Origin: Eledone cirrhosa
Taxonomy: Eukaryota
Direction of reading: 5' to 3'
Assembly: GCA_964016885.1 (NCBI GenBank)
Contig: OZ024744.1
Span: 134,664,001 to 134,728,000 of the forward strand
Length of the DNA stretch: 64,000 nt
The position numbers and the translations under genes were made by a program. Shown here piece after piece: positions 38,633-51,976 of this stretch (positions within the stretch are counted from its first letter, which is position 1; each line of letters opens with the position of its first letter). The notes under the pieces are model-generated. The model was not told the DNA's origin. It saw only the letters and a program-made list of their open reading frames with translations, and searched no databases.

Positions 38633-40774
38633 AGTCGGGGTTGAGTTAAGTTGGCGTTAAGTTAGGCTTAACTTAAGTTGGGGGTAAGTTAAGTTGGGGG
38701 TAAGTTAAGTTGGGGTTAAGTTAAGTTGCGGTTAAGTTGGGGTTAAGTTAAGATAGGGTTAAGTTAAGTTGGCGTTGAGTTAAGTTGGGGTTAATTAAGT
38801 GGTGGTTATGTTAAGTTGGGGTTAATTTAAATTGGGGTGAAGTTAACTTTGTGGTTAAGTTAAGTTGGGGTTAAGTTAAGTTGGGGTTAAGTTGGGGTTG
38901 AGTTAAGTTGGGGTTGAGTGAAGTTGGGGTTAAGTTAAGTTGGGGTAAAGTTAAGTTGGGGTTAAGTTAAGTCGGGGTTAAGTTAAGTTGTGGTTGAGTT
39001 AAGTTGGGGTTAATTTAAGTTGGGGCTAAGTTAATTTGTGGTTAAGTTAAGTTGGGGTTAAGTTAAGTTGGGGTTAAGTTAAGTTGGGGTTAAGTTAAGT
39101 TGCAGTTAAGTTAAGTTGAGGTTAAGTTAAGTTGGGGCTAAGTTAAGTTGGGGCTAAGTTAAGTTGGGGCTAAGTTAAGTTGGGGTTAAGTTAAGTTGGG
39201 GTTAAGTTAAGTTGGGGTTAAGTTAAGTTGGGGTTAAGTTAAGTTGGTGTTAAGTTAAGTTGGGGCTAAGTTAATTTGGGGTTAAGTTAAGTTGGGGTTA
39301 AGTTAAGTTGGGGTTAAGTTAATTTGTGGTTAAGTTAAGTTGGGGTTAAGTTAAGTTGGGGTTAAGTTAAGTTGGGGTTAAGTTAAGTCGGGGTTAAGTT
39401 AAGTTGGGGTTAAGTTAAGTTGGGGTTAATTTAAGTTGGGGTTAAGTTAAGTTGGGGTTAAGTTAAGTTGGGGTTAAGTTAAGTTGGGGATAATTTAAGT
39501 TGGGGTTAAGTTAAGTTTGGGTTTAAGTTAAGTTGGGGTTAAGTTAAGTTGGGGTTAAGTTAAGTTGGGGTTAAGTTAATTTGTGGTTAAGTTAAGTTGG
39601 GGTTAAGTTAAGTTGGGGTTGAGTTAAGTTGGGGCTGAGTTAATTTGGGGTTAAGTTAAGTTGGGGTTAAGTTAAGTTGGGTTTAAGTTAAGTTGGGGTT
39701 AAATTAAGTTGGGGTTAAATTAAGTTGGGGTTAAGTTAAGTTGGGGGTAAGTTAAGTTGGGGGCAAGTTAAGTTGGGGTTAAGTTAAGTTGGGGTTAAAT
39801 TAAGTTGGGGTTACGTTAAGTTGGTGTTAAGTTAAGTTGGGGTTAATTTAAGTTGGGGCTAATTAAGTTGGGGTTAAGTTAAGTTGGGGTTAAGTTAAGT
39901 TGGGGTTAATTTAAGTTGGGGTTGAGTTAAGTTGGGGTTAAGTTAAGTTGGGGTTATATTAAGTTGGGGTTAAGTTAAGTTGGGGTTCAGTTAAGTTGGG
40001 GTTAAGTTAAGTTGGGGTTAAGTTAAGTTGAGGTTAAGTTAAGTTGGGGTTAAGTTAAGTTGGTGTTAAGTTAAGTTGGGGCTAAGTTAAGTTGGGGCTG
40101 AGTTAAGTTGGGGCTGAGTTAAGTTGGGGCTAAGTTAAGTTGGGGTTGAGTTAAGTTGGGGTTAAGTTGGGGTTAAGTTAAGTTAGGTTTAAGTTAAGTT
40201 GGGGTTAAGTTAAGTTGGGGTTAAGTTAAGTTGGGGTTAAGTTAAGTTGGGGTTAAGTTAAGTTGGGGTTAAGTTAAGTTGGGGTTGAGTTAATTTGGGG
40301 CTGAGTTAAGTTGGGGTTGAGTTAAGTTGGTGTTGAGTTAAGTTGGGGTTAAGTTAAGTTGGGGTTAAGTTAAGTTGCAGTTAAGTTAAGTTGAGGTTAA
40401 GTTAAGGTGCGGTTAAGTTAAGTTGGGGTTAAGTTAAGTTGGGGCTAAGTTAAGTTGGGGCTAAGTTAAGTTGGGGCTAAGTTAAGTTGGGGTTAAGTTA
40501 CGTTGGGGTTAAGTTAAGTCGGGGTTAAGTTAAGTTGGGGTTAAGTTAAGTTGGGGTTAATTTAAGTTGGGGTTAAGTTAAGTTGGGGTTAAGTTAAGTT
40601 GGGGTTAAGTTAAGTTGGGGTTAAGTTGGGTTTAAGTTAAGTTGGGGTTAAGTTAAGTTGGGGTCAAGTTAAGTTGGGGTTAAGTTAAGTTGGTTAGTTA
40701 AGTTGAGTTTAAGTTAAGTTGGGGTTAATTTAAGTTGGGGTTAAGTTAAGTTGGGGTTAAGTTAAGTTGGGGTT

Positions 40775-40862
40775 AACCCCAACTTAAGTTAACCCCAACT
40801 TAACTTAATACCAACTTCACTCAACCCCAACGTAACTCAACCCCAACTTAACTTAAGCCAAA
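40775..40862 (-). repeat. Inverted block 17 (short type A, 88 bp)
   Basis: Same marks as block 12. Confidence 0.95.
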
Positions 40863-41248
40863 AGTCGGGGTTAAGTTAAGTTGGCGTTAAGTTAAATTAG
40901 GCTTAACTTAAGTTGGGGGTAAGTTAAGTTGGGGGTAAGTTAAGTTGGGGTTAAGTTAAGTTGCGGTTAAGTTGGGGTTAAGTTAAGTTAGGGTTAAGTT
41001 AAGTTGGCGTTGAGTTAAGTTGGGGTTAATTAAGTGGTGGTTATGTTAAGTTGGGGTTAATTTAAATTGGGGTGAAGTTAACTTTGTGGTTAAGTTAAGT
41101 TGGGGTTAAGTTAAGTTGGTTAGTTAAGTTGAGTTTAAGTTAAGTTGGGGTTAATTTAAGTTGGGGTTAAGTTAAGTTGGGGTTAAGTTAAGTTGGGGTT
41201 AAGTTAAGTTGGGGTTAAGTTAAGTTGGGGTTAAGTTAAGTTGGGGTT

Positions 41249-41464
41249 AACCCCAACTTAACTTAACCCCAACTTAACTTAACCCCAACTTCACTCAACC
41301 CCAACGTAACTCAACCCCAACTTAACTTAACCCCAACTTCACTCAACCCCAACTTAACTTAACCCCAACTTCACTCAACCCCAACTTAAGTCAACCCCAA
41401 CTTAACTTAACCCCAACTTGACTTATCCCCAACTTAACTTAGCCCCAACTTAACTTAAGCCCAA
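41249..41464 (-). repeat. Inverted block 18 (type B1, 216 bp)
   Basis: Same marks as block 13. Confidence 0.95.
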
Positions 41465-42756
41465 AGTCGGGGTTGAGTTAAGTTGGCGTTAAGTTAAGTT
41501 AGGCTTAACTTAAGTTGGGGGTAAGTTAAGTTGGGGGTAAGTTAAGTTGGGGTTAAGTTAAGTTGCGGTTAAGTTGGGGTTAAGTTAAGTTAGGGTTAAG
41601 TTAAGTTGGCGTTGAGTTAAGTTGGGGTTAATTAAGTGGTGGTTATGTTAAGTTGGGGTTAATTTAAATTGGGGTGAAGTTAACTTTGTGGTTAAGTTAA
41701 GTTGGGGTTAAGTTAAGTTGGGGTTAAGTTGGGGTTGAGTTAAGTTGGGGTTGAGTGAAGTTGGGGTTAAGTTAAGTTGGGGTAAAGTTAAGTTGGGGTT
41801 AAGTTAAGTCGGGGTTAAGTTAAGTTGTGGTTGAGTTAAGTTGGGGTTAATTTAAGTTGGGGCTAAGTTAATTTGTGGTTAAGTTAAGTTGGGGTTAAGT
41901 TAAGTTGGGGTTAAGTTAAGTTGGGGTTAAGTTAAGTTGCAGTTAAGTTAAGTTGAGGTTAAGTTAAGTTGGGGTTAAGTTAAGTTGGGGTTAAGTTAAG
42001 TTGGGGCTAAGTTAAGTTGGGGCTAAGTTAAGTTGCGGCTAAGTTAAGTTGGGGTTAAGTTAAGTTGGGGTTAAGTTAAGTTGTGGTTAAGTTAAGTTGG
42101 TGTTAAGTTAAGTTGGGGTTAATTTAAGTTGGGGTTGAGTTAAGTTGGGGTTCAGTTAAGTTGGGGATAAGTTAAGTTGGGGTTAAGTTAAGTTGGGGTT
42201 AATTAAGTTGGGGTTGAGTTAAGTTGGGGTTGAGTTAAATTGGGGTTGAGTTAAGTTGGGGTTGAGTTAAGTTGGTGTTGAGTTAAGTTGGGGTTAAGTT
42301 AAGTTGGGGTTAAGTTAAGTTGCAGTTAAGTTAAGTTGAGGTTAAGTTAAGGTGCGGTTAAGTTAAGTTGAGGTTAAGTTAAGTTGGGGCTAAGTTAAGT
42401 TGGGGCTAAGTTAAGTTGGGGCTAAGTTAAGTTGGGGTTAAGTTACGTTGGGGTTAAGTTAAGTCGGGGTTAAGTTAAGTTGGGGTTAAGTTAAGTTGGG
42501 GTTAATTTAAGTTGGGGTTAAGTTAAGTTGGGGTTAAGTTTAGTAGGGGTTAAGTTAAGTTGGGGTTAAGTTAAGTTGGGTTTAAGTTAAGTTGGGGTTA
42601 AGTTAAGTTGGGGTCAAGTTAAGTTGGGGTTAAGTTAAGTTGGTTAGTTAAGTTGAGTTTAAGTTAAGTTGGGGTTAATTTAAGTTGGGGTTAAGTTAAG
42701 TTGGGGTTAAGTTAAGTTGGAGTTAAGTTAAGTTGGGGTTAAGTTAAGTTGGGGTT

Positions 42757-42971
42757 AACCCCAACTTAACTTAACCCCAACTTAACTTAACCCCAACTTC
42801 ACTCAACCCAACGTAACTCAACCCCAACTTAACTTAACCCCAACTTCACTCAACCCCAACTTAACTTAACCCCAACTTCACTCAACCCCAACTTAAGTCA
42901 ACCCCAACTTAACTTAACCCCAACTTGACTTAACCCCAACTTAACTTAGCCCCAACTTAACTTAAGCCCAA
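42757..42971 (-). repeat. Inverted block 19 (type B2, 215 bp)
   Basis: Same marks as block 14. Confidence 0.95.
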
Positions 42972-45114
42972 AGTCGGGGTTGAGTTAAGTTGGCGTTAAG
43001 TTAGGCTTAACTTAAGTTGGGGGTAAGTTAAGTTGGGGGTAAGTTAAGTTGGGGTTAAGTTAAGTTGCGGTTAAGTTGGGGTTAAGTTAAGATAGGGTTA
43101 AGTTAAGTTGGCGTTGAGTTAAGTTGGGGTTAAGTTAAATTGGGGTGAAGTTAACTTTGTGGTTAAGTTAAGTTGGGGTTAAGTTAAGTTGGGGTTAAGT
43201 TGGGGTTGAGTTAAGTTGGGGTTGAGTGAAGTTGGGGTTAAGTTAAGTTGGGGTAAAGTTAAGTTGGGGTTAAGTTAAGTCGGGGTTAAGTTAAGTTGTG
43301 GTTGAGTTAAGTTGGGGTTAATTTAAGTTGGGGCTAAGTTAATTTGTGGTTAAGTTAAGTTGGGGTTAAGTTAAGTTGGGGTTAAGTTAAGTTGGGGTTA
43401 AGTTAAGTTGCAGTTAAGTTAAGTTGAGGTTAAGTTAAGTTGGGGTTAAGTTAAGTTGGGGTTAAGTTAAGTTGGGGCTAAGTTAAGTTGGGGCTAAGTT
43501 AAGTTGGGGCTAAGTTAAGTTGGGGTTAAGTTAAGTTGGGGTTAAGTTAAGTTGGGGTTAAGTTAAGTTGGGGTTAAGTTAAGTTGGTGTTAAGTTAAGT
43601 TGGGGCTAAGTTAAGTTGGGGTTAAGTTAAGTTGGGGTTAAGTTAAGTTGGGGTTAAGTTAATTTGTGGTTAAGTTAAGTTGGGGTTAAGTTAAGTTGGG
43701 GTTAAGTTAAGTTGGGGTTAAGTTAAGTCGGGGTTAAGTTAAGTTGGGGTTAAGTTAAGTTGGGGTTAATTTAAGTTGGGGTTAAGTTAAGTTGGGGTTA
43801 AGTTAAGTTGGGGTTAAGTTAAGTTGGGGATAATTTAAGTTGGGGTTAAGTTAAGTTTGGGTTTAAGTTAAGTTGGGGTTAAGTTAAGTTGGGGTTAAGT
43901 TAAGTTGGGGTTAAGTTAATTTGTGGTTAAGTTAAGTTGGGGTTAAGTTAAGTTGGGGTTGAGTTAAGTTGGGGCTGAGTTAATTTGGGGTTAAGTTAAG
44001 TTGGAGTTAAGTTAAGTTGGGTTTAAGTTAAGTTGGGGTTAAATTAAGTTGGGGTTAAATTAAGTTGGGGTTAAGTTAAGTTGGGGGTAAGTTAAGTTGG
44101 GGGCAAGTTAAGTTGGGGTTAATTTAAGTTGGGGTTAAATTAAGTTGGGGTTACGTTAAGTTGGTGTTAAGTTAAGTTGGGGTTAATTTAAGTTGGGGCT
44201 AATTAAGTTGGGGTTAAGTTAAGTTGGGGTTAAGTTAAGTTGGGGTTAATTTAAGTTGGGGTTGAGTTAAGTTGGGGTTAAGTTAAGTTGGGGTTATATT
44301 AAGTTGGGGTTAAGTTAAGTTGGGGTTCAGTTAAGTTGGGGTTAAGTTAAGTTGGGGTTAAATTAAGTTGAGGTTAAGTTAAGTTGGGGTTAAGTTAAGT
44401 TGGTGTTAAGTTAAGTTGGGGCTAAGTTAAGTTGGGGCTGAGTTAAGTTGGGGCTGAGTTAAGTTGGGGCTAAGTTAAGTTGGGGTTGAGTTAAGTTGGG
44501 GTTAAGTTGGGGTTAAGTTAAGTTAGGTTTAAGTTAAGTTGGGGTTAAGTTAAGTTGGGGTTAAGTTAAGTTGGGGTTAAGTTAAGTTGGGGTTAAGTTA
44601 AGTTGGGGTTAAGTTAAGTTGGGGTTGAGTTAATTTGGGGCTGAGTTAAGTTGGGGTTGAGTTAAGTTGGTGTTGAGTTAAGTTGGGGTTAAGTTAAGTT
44701 GGGGTTAAGTTAAGTTGCAGTTAAGTTAAGTTGAGGTTAAGTTAAGGTGCGGTTAAGTTAAGTTGGGGTTAAGTTAAGTTGGGGCTAAGTTAAGTTGGGG
44801 CTAAGTTAAGTTGGGGCTAAGTTAAGTTGGGGTTAAGTTACGTTGGGGTTAAGTTAAGTCGGGGTTAAGTTAAGTTGGGGTTAAGTTAAGTTGGGGTTAA
44901 TTTAAGTTGGGGTTAAGTTAAGTTGGGGTTAAGTTAAGTTGGGGTTAAGTTAAGTTGGGGTTAAGTTGGGTTTAAGTTAAGTTGGGGTTAAGTTAAGTTG
45001 GGGTCAAGTTAAGTTGGGGTTAAGTTAAGTTGGTTAGTTAAGTTGAGTTTAAGTTAAGTTGGGGTTAATTTAAGTTGGGGTTAAGTTAAGTTGGGGTTAA
45101 GTTAAGTTGGGGTT

Positions 45115-45202
45115 AACCGCAACTTAAGTTAACCCCAACTTAACTTAATACCAACTTCACTCAACCCCAACGTAACTCAACCCCAACTTAACTTAAGCCA
45201 AA
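45115..45202 (-). repeat. Inverted block 20 (short type A, 88 bp, AACCGC at entry)
   Basis: Short A block with a C>G change in the first C-run. Confidence 0.95.
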
Positions 45203-45711
45203 AGTCGGGGTTAAGTTAAGTTGGCGTTAAGTTAAGTTAGGCTTAACTTAAGTTGGGGGTAAGTTAAGTTGGGGGTAAGTTAAGTTGGGGTTAAGTTAAG
45301 TTGCGGTTAAGTTGGGGTTAAGTTAAGTTAGGGTTAAGTTAAGTTGGCGTTGAGTTAAGTTGGGGTTAATTAAGTGGTGGTTATGTTAAGTTGGGGTTAA
45401 TTTAAATTGGGGTGAAGTTAACTTTGTGGTTAAGTTAAGTTGGGGTTAAGTTAAGTTGGGGTTAAGTTGGGGTTGAGTTAAGTTGGGGTTGAGTGAAGTT
45501 GGGGTTAAGTTAAGTTGGGGTAAAGTTAAGTTGGGGTTAAGTTAAGTTGGGGTTAAGTTAAGTTGGGGTCAAGTTAAGTTGGGGTTAAGTTAAGTTGGTT
45601 AGTTAAGTTGAGTTTAAGTTAAGTTGGGGTTAATTTAAGTTGGGGTTAAGTTAAGTTGGGGTTAAGTTAAGTTGGGGTTAAGTTAAGTTGGGGTTAAGTT
45701 AAGTTGGGGTT

Positions 45712-45927
45712 AACCCCAACTTAACTTAACCTCAACTTAACTTAACCCCAACTTCACTCAACCCCAACGTAACTCAACCCCAACTTAACTTAACCCCAAC
45801 TTCACTCAACCCCAACTTAACTTAACCCCAACTTCACTCAACCCCAACTTAAGTCAACCCCAACTTAACTTAACCCCAACTTGACTTATCCCCAACTTAA
45901 CTTAGCCCCAACTTAACTTAAGCCCAA
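45712..45927 (-). repeat. Inverted block 21 (type B1, 216 bp, AACCTC variant)
   Basis: TTATCCCC mark and a C>T change in the second monomer. Confidence 0.95.
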
Positions 45928-47422
45928 AGTCGGGGTTGAGTTAAGTTGGCGTTAAGTTAAGTTAGGCTTAACTTAAGTTGGGGGTAAGTTAAGTTGGGGG
46001 TAAGTTAAGTTGGGGTTAAGTTAAGTTGCGGTTAAGTTGGGGTTAAGTTAAGTTAGGGTTAAGTTAAGTTGGCGTTGAGTTAAGTTGGGGTTAATTAAGT
46101 GGTGGTTATGTTAAGTTGGGGTTAATTTAAATTGGGGTGAAGTTAACTTTGTGGTTAAGTTAAGTTGGGGTTAAGTTAAGTTGGGGTTAAGTTGGGGTTG
46201 AGTTAAGTTGGGGTTGAGTGAAGTTGGGGTTAAGTTAAGTTGGGGTAAAGTTAAGTTGGGGTTAAGTTAAGTCGGGGTTAAGTTAAGTTGTGGTTGAGTT
46301 AAGTTGGGGTTAATTTAAGTTGGGGCTAAGTTAATTTGTGGTTAAGTTAAGTTGGGGTTAAGTTAAGTTGGGGTTAAGTTAAGTTGGGGTTAAGTTAAGT
46401 TGCAGTTAAGTTAAGTTGAGGTTAAGTTAAGTTGGGGTTAAGTTAAGTTGGGGTTAAGTTAAGTTGGGGCTAAGTTAAGTTGGGGCTAAGTTAAGTTGCG
46501 GCTAAGTTAAGTTGGGGTTAAGTTAAGTTGGGGTTAAGTTAAGTTGTGGTTAAGTTAAGTTGGTGTTAAGTTAAGTTGGGGCTAAGTTAAGTTGGGGCTG
46601 AGTTAAGTTGGGGCTGAGTTAAGTTGGGGTTAAGTTAAGTTGGGGTTGAGTTAAGTTGGGGTTAAGTTAAGTTGGGGTCAAGTTAAGTTGGGGTTAAGTT
46701 GGGGTTAATTTAAGTTAGGTTTAAGTTAAGTTGGGGTTAAGTTAAGTTGGGGTTAAGTTAAGTTGGGGTTAAGTTAAGTTGGGGTTAAGTTAAGTTGGGG
46801 TTAAGTTAATTTGTGGTTAAGTTAAGTTGGGGTTAAGTTAAGTTGGGGTTAAGTTAAGTTGGGGTTAATTAAGTTGGGGTTGAGTTAAGTTGGGGTTGAG
46901 TTAAATTGGGGTTGAGTTAAGTTGGGGTTGAGTTAAGTTGGTGTTGAGTTAAGTTGGGGTTAAGTTAAGTTGGGGTTAAGTTAAGTTGCAGTTAAGTTAA
47001 GTTGAGGTTAAGTTAAGGTGCGGTTAAGTTAAGTTGAGGTTAAGTTAAGTTGGGGCTAAGTTAAGTTGGGGCTAAGTTAAGTTGGGGCTAAGTTAAGTTG
47101 GGGTTAAGTTACGTTGGGGTTAAGTTAAGTCGGGGTTAAGTTAAGTTGGGGTTAAGTTAAGTTGGGGTTAATTTAAGTTGGGGTTAAGTTAAGTTGGGTT
47201 TAAGTTTAGTAGGGGTTAAGTTAAGTTGGGGTTAAGTTAAGTTGGGTTTAAGTTAAGTTGGGGTTAAGTTAAGTTGGGGTCAAGTTAAGTTGGGGTTAAG
47301 TTAAGTTGGTTAGTTAAGTTGAGTTTAAGTTAAGTTGGGGTTAATTTAAGTTGGGGTTAAGTTAAGTTGGGGTTAAGTTAAGTTGGAGTTAAGTTAAGTT
47401 GGGGTTAAGTTAAGTTGGGGTT

Positions 47423-47637
47423 AACCCCAACTTAACTTAACCCCAACTTAACTTAACCCCAACTTCACTCAACCCAACGTAACTCAACGCCAACTTAACT
47501 TAACCCCAACTTCACTCAACCCCAACTTAACTTAACCCCAACTTCACTCAACCCCAACTTAAGTCAACCCCAACTTAACTTAACCCCAACTTGACTTAAC
47601 CCCAACTTAACTTAGCCCCAACTTAACTTAAGCCCAA
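47423..47637 (-). repeat. Inverted block 22 (type B2, 215 bp)
   Basis: Same marks as block 16, offset +9005. Confidence 0.95.
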
Positions 47638-49779
47638 AGTCGGGGTTGAGTTAAGTTGGCGTTAAGTTAGGCTTAACTTAAGTTGGGGGTAAGTTAAGTT
47701 GGGGGTAAGTTAAGTTGGGGTTAAGTTAAGTTGCGGTTAAGTTGGGGTTAAGTTAAGATAGGGTTAAGTTAAGTTGGCGTTGAGTTAAGTTGGGGTTAAT
47801 TAAGTGGTGGTTATGTTAAGTTGGGGTTAATTTAAATTGGGGTGAAGTTAACTTTGTGGTTAAGTTAAGTTGGGGTTAAGTTAAGTTGGGGTTAAGTTGG
47901 GGTTGAGTTAAGTTGGGGTTGAGTGAAGTTGGGGTTAAGTTAAGTTGGGGTAAAGTTAAGTTGGGGTTAAGTTAAGTCGGGGTTAAGTTAAGTTGTGGTT
48001 GAGTTAAGTTGGGGTTAATTTAAGTTGGGGCTAAGTTAATTTGTGGTTAAGTTAAGTTGGGGTTAAGTTAAGTTGGGGTTAAGTTAAGTTGGGGTTAAGT
48101 TAAGTTGCAGTTAAGTTAAGTTGAGGTTAAGTTAAGTTGGGGCTAAGTTAAGTTGGGGCTAAGTTAAGTTGGGGCTAAGTTAAGTTGGGGTTAAGTTAAG
48201 TTGGGGTTAAGTTAAGTTGGGGTTAAGTTAAGTTGGGGTTAAGTTAAGTTGGTGTTAAGTTAAGTTGGGGCTAAGTTAATTTGGGGTTAAGTTAAGTTGG
48301 GGTTAAGTTAAGTTGGGGTTAAGTTAATTTGTGGTTAAGTTAAGTTGGGGTTAAGTTAAGTTGGGGTTAAGTTAAGTTGGGGTTAAGTTAAGTCGGGGTT
48401 AAGTTAAGTTGGGGTTAAGTTAAGTTGGGGTTAATTTAAGTTGGGGTTAAGTTAAGTTGGGGTTAAGTTAAGTTGGGGTTAAGTTAAGTTGGGGATAATT
48501 TAAGTTGGGGTTAAGTTAAGTTTGGGTTTAAGTTAAGTTGGGGTTAAGTTAAGTTGGGGTTAAGTTAAGTTGGGGTTAAGTTAATTTGTGGTTAAGTTAA
48601 GTTGGGGTTAAGTTAAGTTGGGGTTGAGTTAAGTTGGGGCTGAGTTAATTTGGGGTTAAGTTAAGTTGGGGTTAAGTTAAGTTGGGTTTAAGTTAAGTTG
48701 GGGTTAAATTAAGTTGGGGTTAAATTAAGTTGGGGTTAAGTTAAGTTGGGGGTAAGTTAAGTTGGGGGCAAGTTAAGTTGGGGTTAAGTTAAGTTGGGGT
48801 TAAATTAAGTTGGGGTTACGTTAAGTTGGTGTTAAGTTAAGTTGGGGTTAATTTAAGTTGGGGCTAATTAAGTTGGGGTTAAGTTAAGTTGGGGTTAAGT
48901 TAAGTTGGGGTTAATTTAAGTTGGGGTTGAGTTAAGTTGGGGTTAAGTTAAGTTGGGGTTATATTAAGTTGGGGTTAAGTTAAGTTGGGGTTCAGTTAAG
49001 TTGGGGTTAAGTTAAGTTGGGGTTAAGTTAAGTTGAGGTTAAGTTAAGTTGGGGTTAAGTTAAGTTGGTGTTAAGTTAAGTTGGGGCTAAGTTAAGTTGG
49101 GGCTGAGTTAAGTTGGGGCTGAGTTAAGTTGGGGCTAAGTTAAGTTGGGGTTGAGTTAAGTTGGGGTTAAGTTGGGGTTAAGTTAAGTTAGGTTTAAGTT
49201 AAGTTGGGGTTAAGTTAAGTTGGGGTTAAGTTAAGTTGGGGTTAAGTTAAGTTGGGGTTAAGTTAAGTTGGGGTTAAGTTAAGTTGGGGTTGAGTTAATT
49301 TGGGGCTGAGTTAAGTTGGGGTTGAGTTAAGTTGGTGTTGAGTTAAGTTGGGGTTAAGTTAAGTTGGGGTTAAGTTAAGTTGCAGTTAAGTTAAGTTGAG
49401 GTTAAGTTAAGGTGCGGTTAAGTTAAGTTGGGGTTAAGTTAAGTTGGGGCTAAGTTAAGTTGGGGCTAAGTTAAGTTGGGGCTAAGTTAAGTTGGGGTTA
49501 AGTTACGTTGGGGTTAAGTTAAGTCGGGGTTAAGTTAAGTTGGGGTTAAGTTAAGTTGGGGTTAATTTAAGTTGGGGTTAAGTTAAGTTGGGGTTAAGTT
49601 AAGTTGGGGTTAAGTTAAGTTGGGGTTAAGTTGGGTTTAAGTTAAGTTGGGGTTAAGTTAAGTTGGGGTCAAGTTAAGTTGGGGTTAAGTTAAGTTGGTT
49701 AGTTAAGTTGAGTTTAAGTTAAGTTGGGGTTAATTTAAGTTGGGGTTAAGTTAAGTTGGGGTTAAGTTAAGTTGGGGTT

Positions 49780-49867
49780 AACCCCAACTTAAGTTAACCC
49801 CAACTTAACTTAATACCAACTTCACTCAACCCCAACGTAACTCAACCCCAACTTAACTTAAGCCAAA
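49780..49867 (-). repeat. Inverted block 23 (short type A, 88 bp)
   Basis: Same marks as block 17, offset +9005. Confidence 0.95.
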
Positions 49868-50253
49868 AGTCGGGGTTAAGTTAAGTTGGCGTTAAGTTAA
49901 ATTAGGCTTAACTTAAGTTGGGGGTAAGTTAAGTTGGGGGTAAGTTAAGTTGGGGTTAAGTTAAGTTGCGGTTAAGTTGGGGTTAAGTTAAGTTAGGGTT
50001 AAGTTAAGTTGGCGTTGAGTTAAGTTGGGGTTAATTAAGTGGTGGTTATGTTAAGTTGGGGTTAATTTAAATTGGGGTGAAGTTAACTTTGTGGTTAAGT
50101 TAAGTTGGGGTTAAGTTAAGTTGGTTAGTTAAGTTGAGTTTAAGTTAAGTTGGGGTTAATTTAAGTTGGGGTTAAGTTAAGTTGGGGTTAAGTTAAGTTG
50201 GGGTTAAGTTAAGTTGGGGTTAAGTTAAGTTGGGGTTAAGTTAAGTTGGGGTT

Positions 50254-50469
50254 AACCCCAACTTAACTTAACCCCAACTTAACTTAACCCCAACTTCACT
50301 CAACCCCAACGTAACTCAACCCCAACTTAACTTAACCCCAACTTCACTCAACCCCAACTTAACTTAACCCCAACTTCACTCAACCCCAACTTAAGTCAAC
50401 CCCAACTTAACTTAACCCCAACTTGACTTATCCCCAACTTAACTTAGCCCCAACTTAACTTAAGCCCAA
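50254..50469 (-). repeat. Inverted block 24 (type B1, 216 bp)
   Basis: Same marks as block 18, offset +9005. Confidence 0.95.
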
Positions 50470-51761
50470 AGTCGGGGTTGAGTTAAGTTGGCGTTAAGTT
50501 AAGTTAGGCTTAACTTAAGTTGGGGGTAAGTTAAGTTGGGGGTAAGTTAAGTTGGGGTTAAGTTAAGTTGCGGTTAAGTTGGGGTTAAGTTAAGTTAGGG
50601 TTAAGTTAAGTTGGCGTTGAGTTAAGTTGGGGTTAATTAAGTGGTGGTTATGTTAAGTTGGGGTTAATTTAAATTGGGGTGAAGTTAACTTTGTGGTTAA
50701 GTTAAGTTGGGGTTAAGTTAAGTTGGGGTTAAGTTGGGGTTGAGTTAAGTTGGGGTTGAGTGAAGTTGGGGTTAAGTTAAGTTGGGGTAAAGTTAAGTTG
50801 GGGTTAAGTTAAGTCGGGGTTAAGTTAAGTTGTGGTTGAGTTAAGTTGGGGTTAATTTAAGTTGGGGCTAAGTTAATTTGTGGTTAAGTTAAGTTGGGGT
50901 TAAGTTAAGTTGGGGTTAAGTTAAGTTGGGGTTAAGTTAAGTTGCAGTTAAGTTAAGTTGAGGTTAAGTTAAGTTGGGGTTAAGTTAAGTTGGGGTTAAG
51001 TTAAGTTGGGGCTAAGTTAAGTTGGGGCTAAGTTAAGTTGCGGCTAAGTTAAGTTGGGGTTAAGTTAAGTTGGGGTTAAGTTAAGTTGTGGTTAAGTTAA
51101 GTTGGTGTTAAGTTAAGTTGGGGTTAATTTAAGTTGGGGTTGAGTTAAGTTGGGGTTCAGTTAAGTTGGGGATAAGTTAAGTTGGGGTTAAGTTAAGTTG
51201 GGGTTAATTAAGTTGGGGTTGAGTTAAGTTGGGGTTGAGTTAAATTGGGGTTGAGTTAAGTTGGGGTTGAGTTAAGTTGGTGTTGAGTTAAGTTGGGGTT
51301 AAGTTAAGTTGGGGTTAAGTTAAGTTGCAGTTAAGTTAAGTTGAGGTTAAGTTAAGGTGCGGTTAAGTTAAGTTGAGGTTAAGTTAAGTTGGGGCTAAGT
51401 TAAGTTGGGGCTAAGTTAAGTTGGGGCTAAGTTAAGTTGGGGTTAAGTTACGTTGGGGTTAAGTTAAGTCGGGGTTAAGTTAAGTTGGGGTTAAGTTAAG
51501 TTGGGGTTAATTTAAGTTGGGGTTAAGTTAAGTTGGGGTTAAGTTTAGTAGGGGTTAAGTTAAGTTGGGGTTAAGTTAAGTTGGGTTTAAGTTAAGTTGG
51601 GGTTAAGTTAAGTTGGGGTCAAGTTAAGTTGGGGTTAAGTTAAGTTGGTTAGTTAAGTTGAGTTTAAGTTAAGTTGGGGTTAATTTAAGTTGGGGTTAAG
51701 TTAAGTTGGGGTTAAGTTAAGTTGGAGTTAAGTTAAGTTGGGGTTAAGTTAAGTTGGGGTT

Positions 51762-51976
51762 AACCCCAACTTAACTTAACCCCAACTTAACTTAACCCCA
51801 ACTTCACTCAACCCAACGTAACTCAACCCCAACTTAACTTAACCCCAACTTCACTCAACCCCAACTTAACTTAACCCCAACTTCACTCAACCCCAACTTA
51901 AGTCAACCCCAACTTAACTTAACCCCAACTTGACTTAACCCCAACTTAACTTAGCCCCAACTTAACTTAAGCCCAA
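51762..51976 (-). repeat. Inverted block 25 (type B2, 215 bp)
   Basis: Same marks as block 19, offset +9005. Confidence 0.95.

Larger units (their letters stand above)
25740..43850 (+). repeat. About 9.05-kb tandem segmental duplication (approx. 25740-34800 and 34801-43850)
   Basis: Blocks 10-14 match blocks 15-19 by type, with offsets 9062, 9057, 9057, 9041 and 9041 (steps of 5 and 16 bp). The rare TTTGGGTCAAG occurs near 25786 and 34848. Confidence 0.88.
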
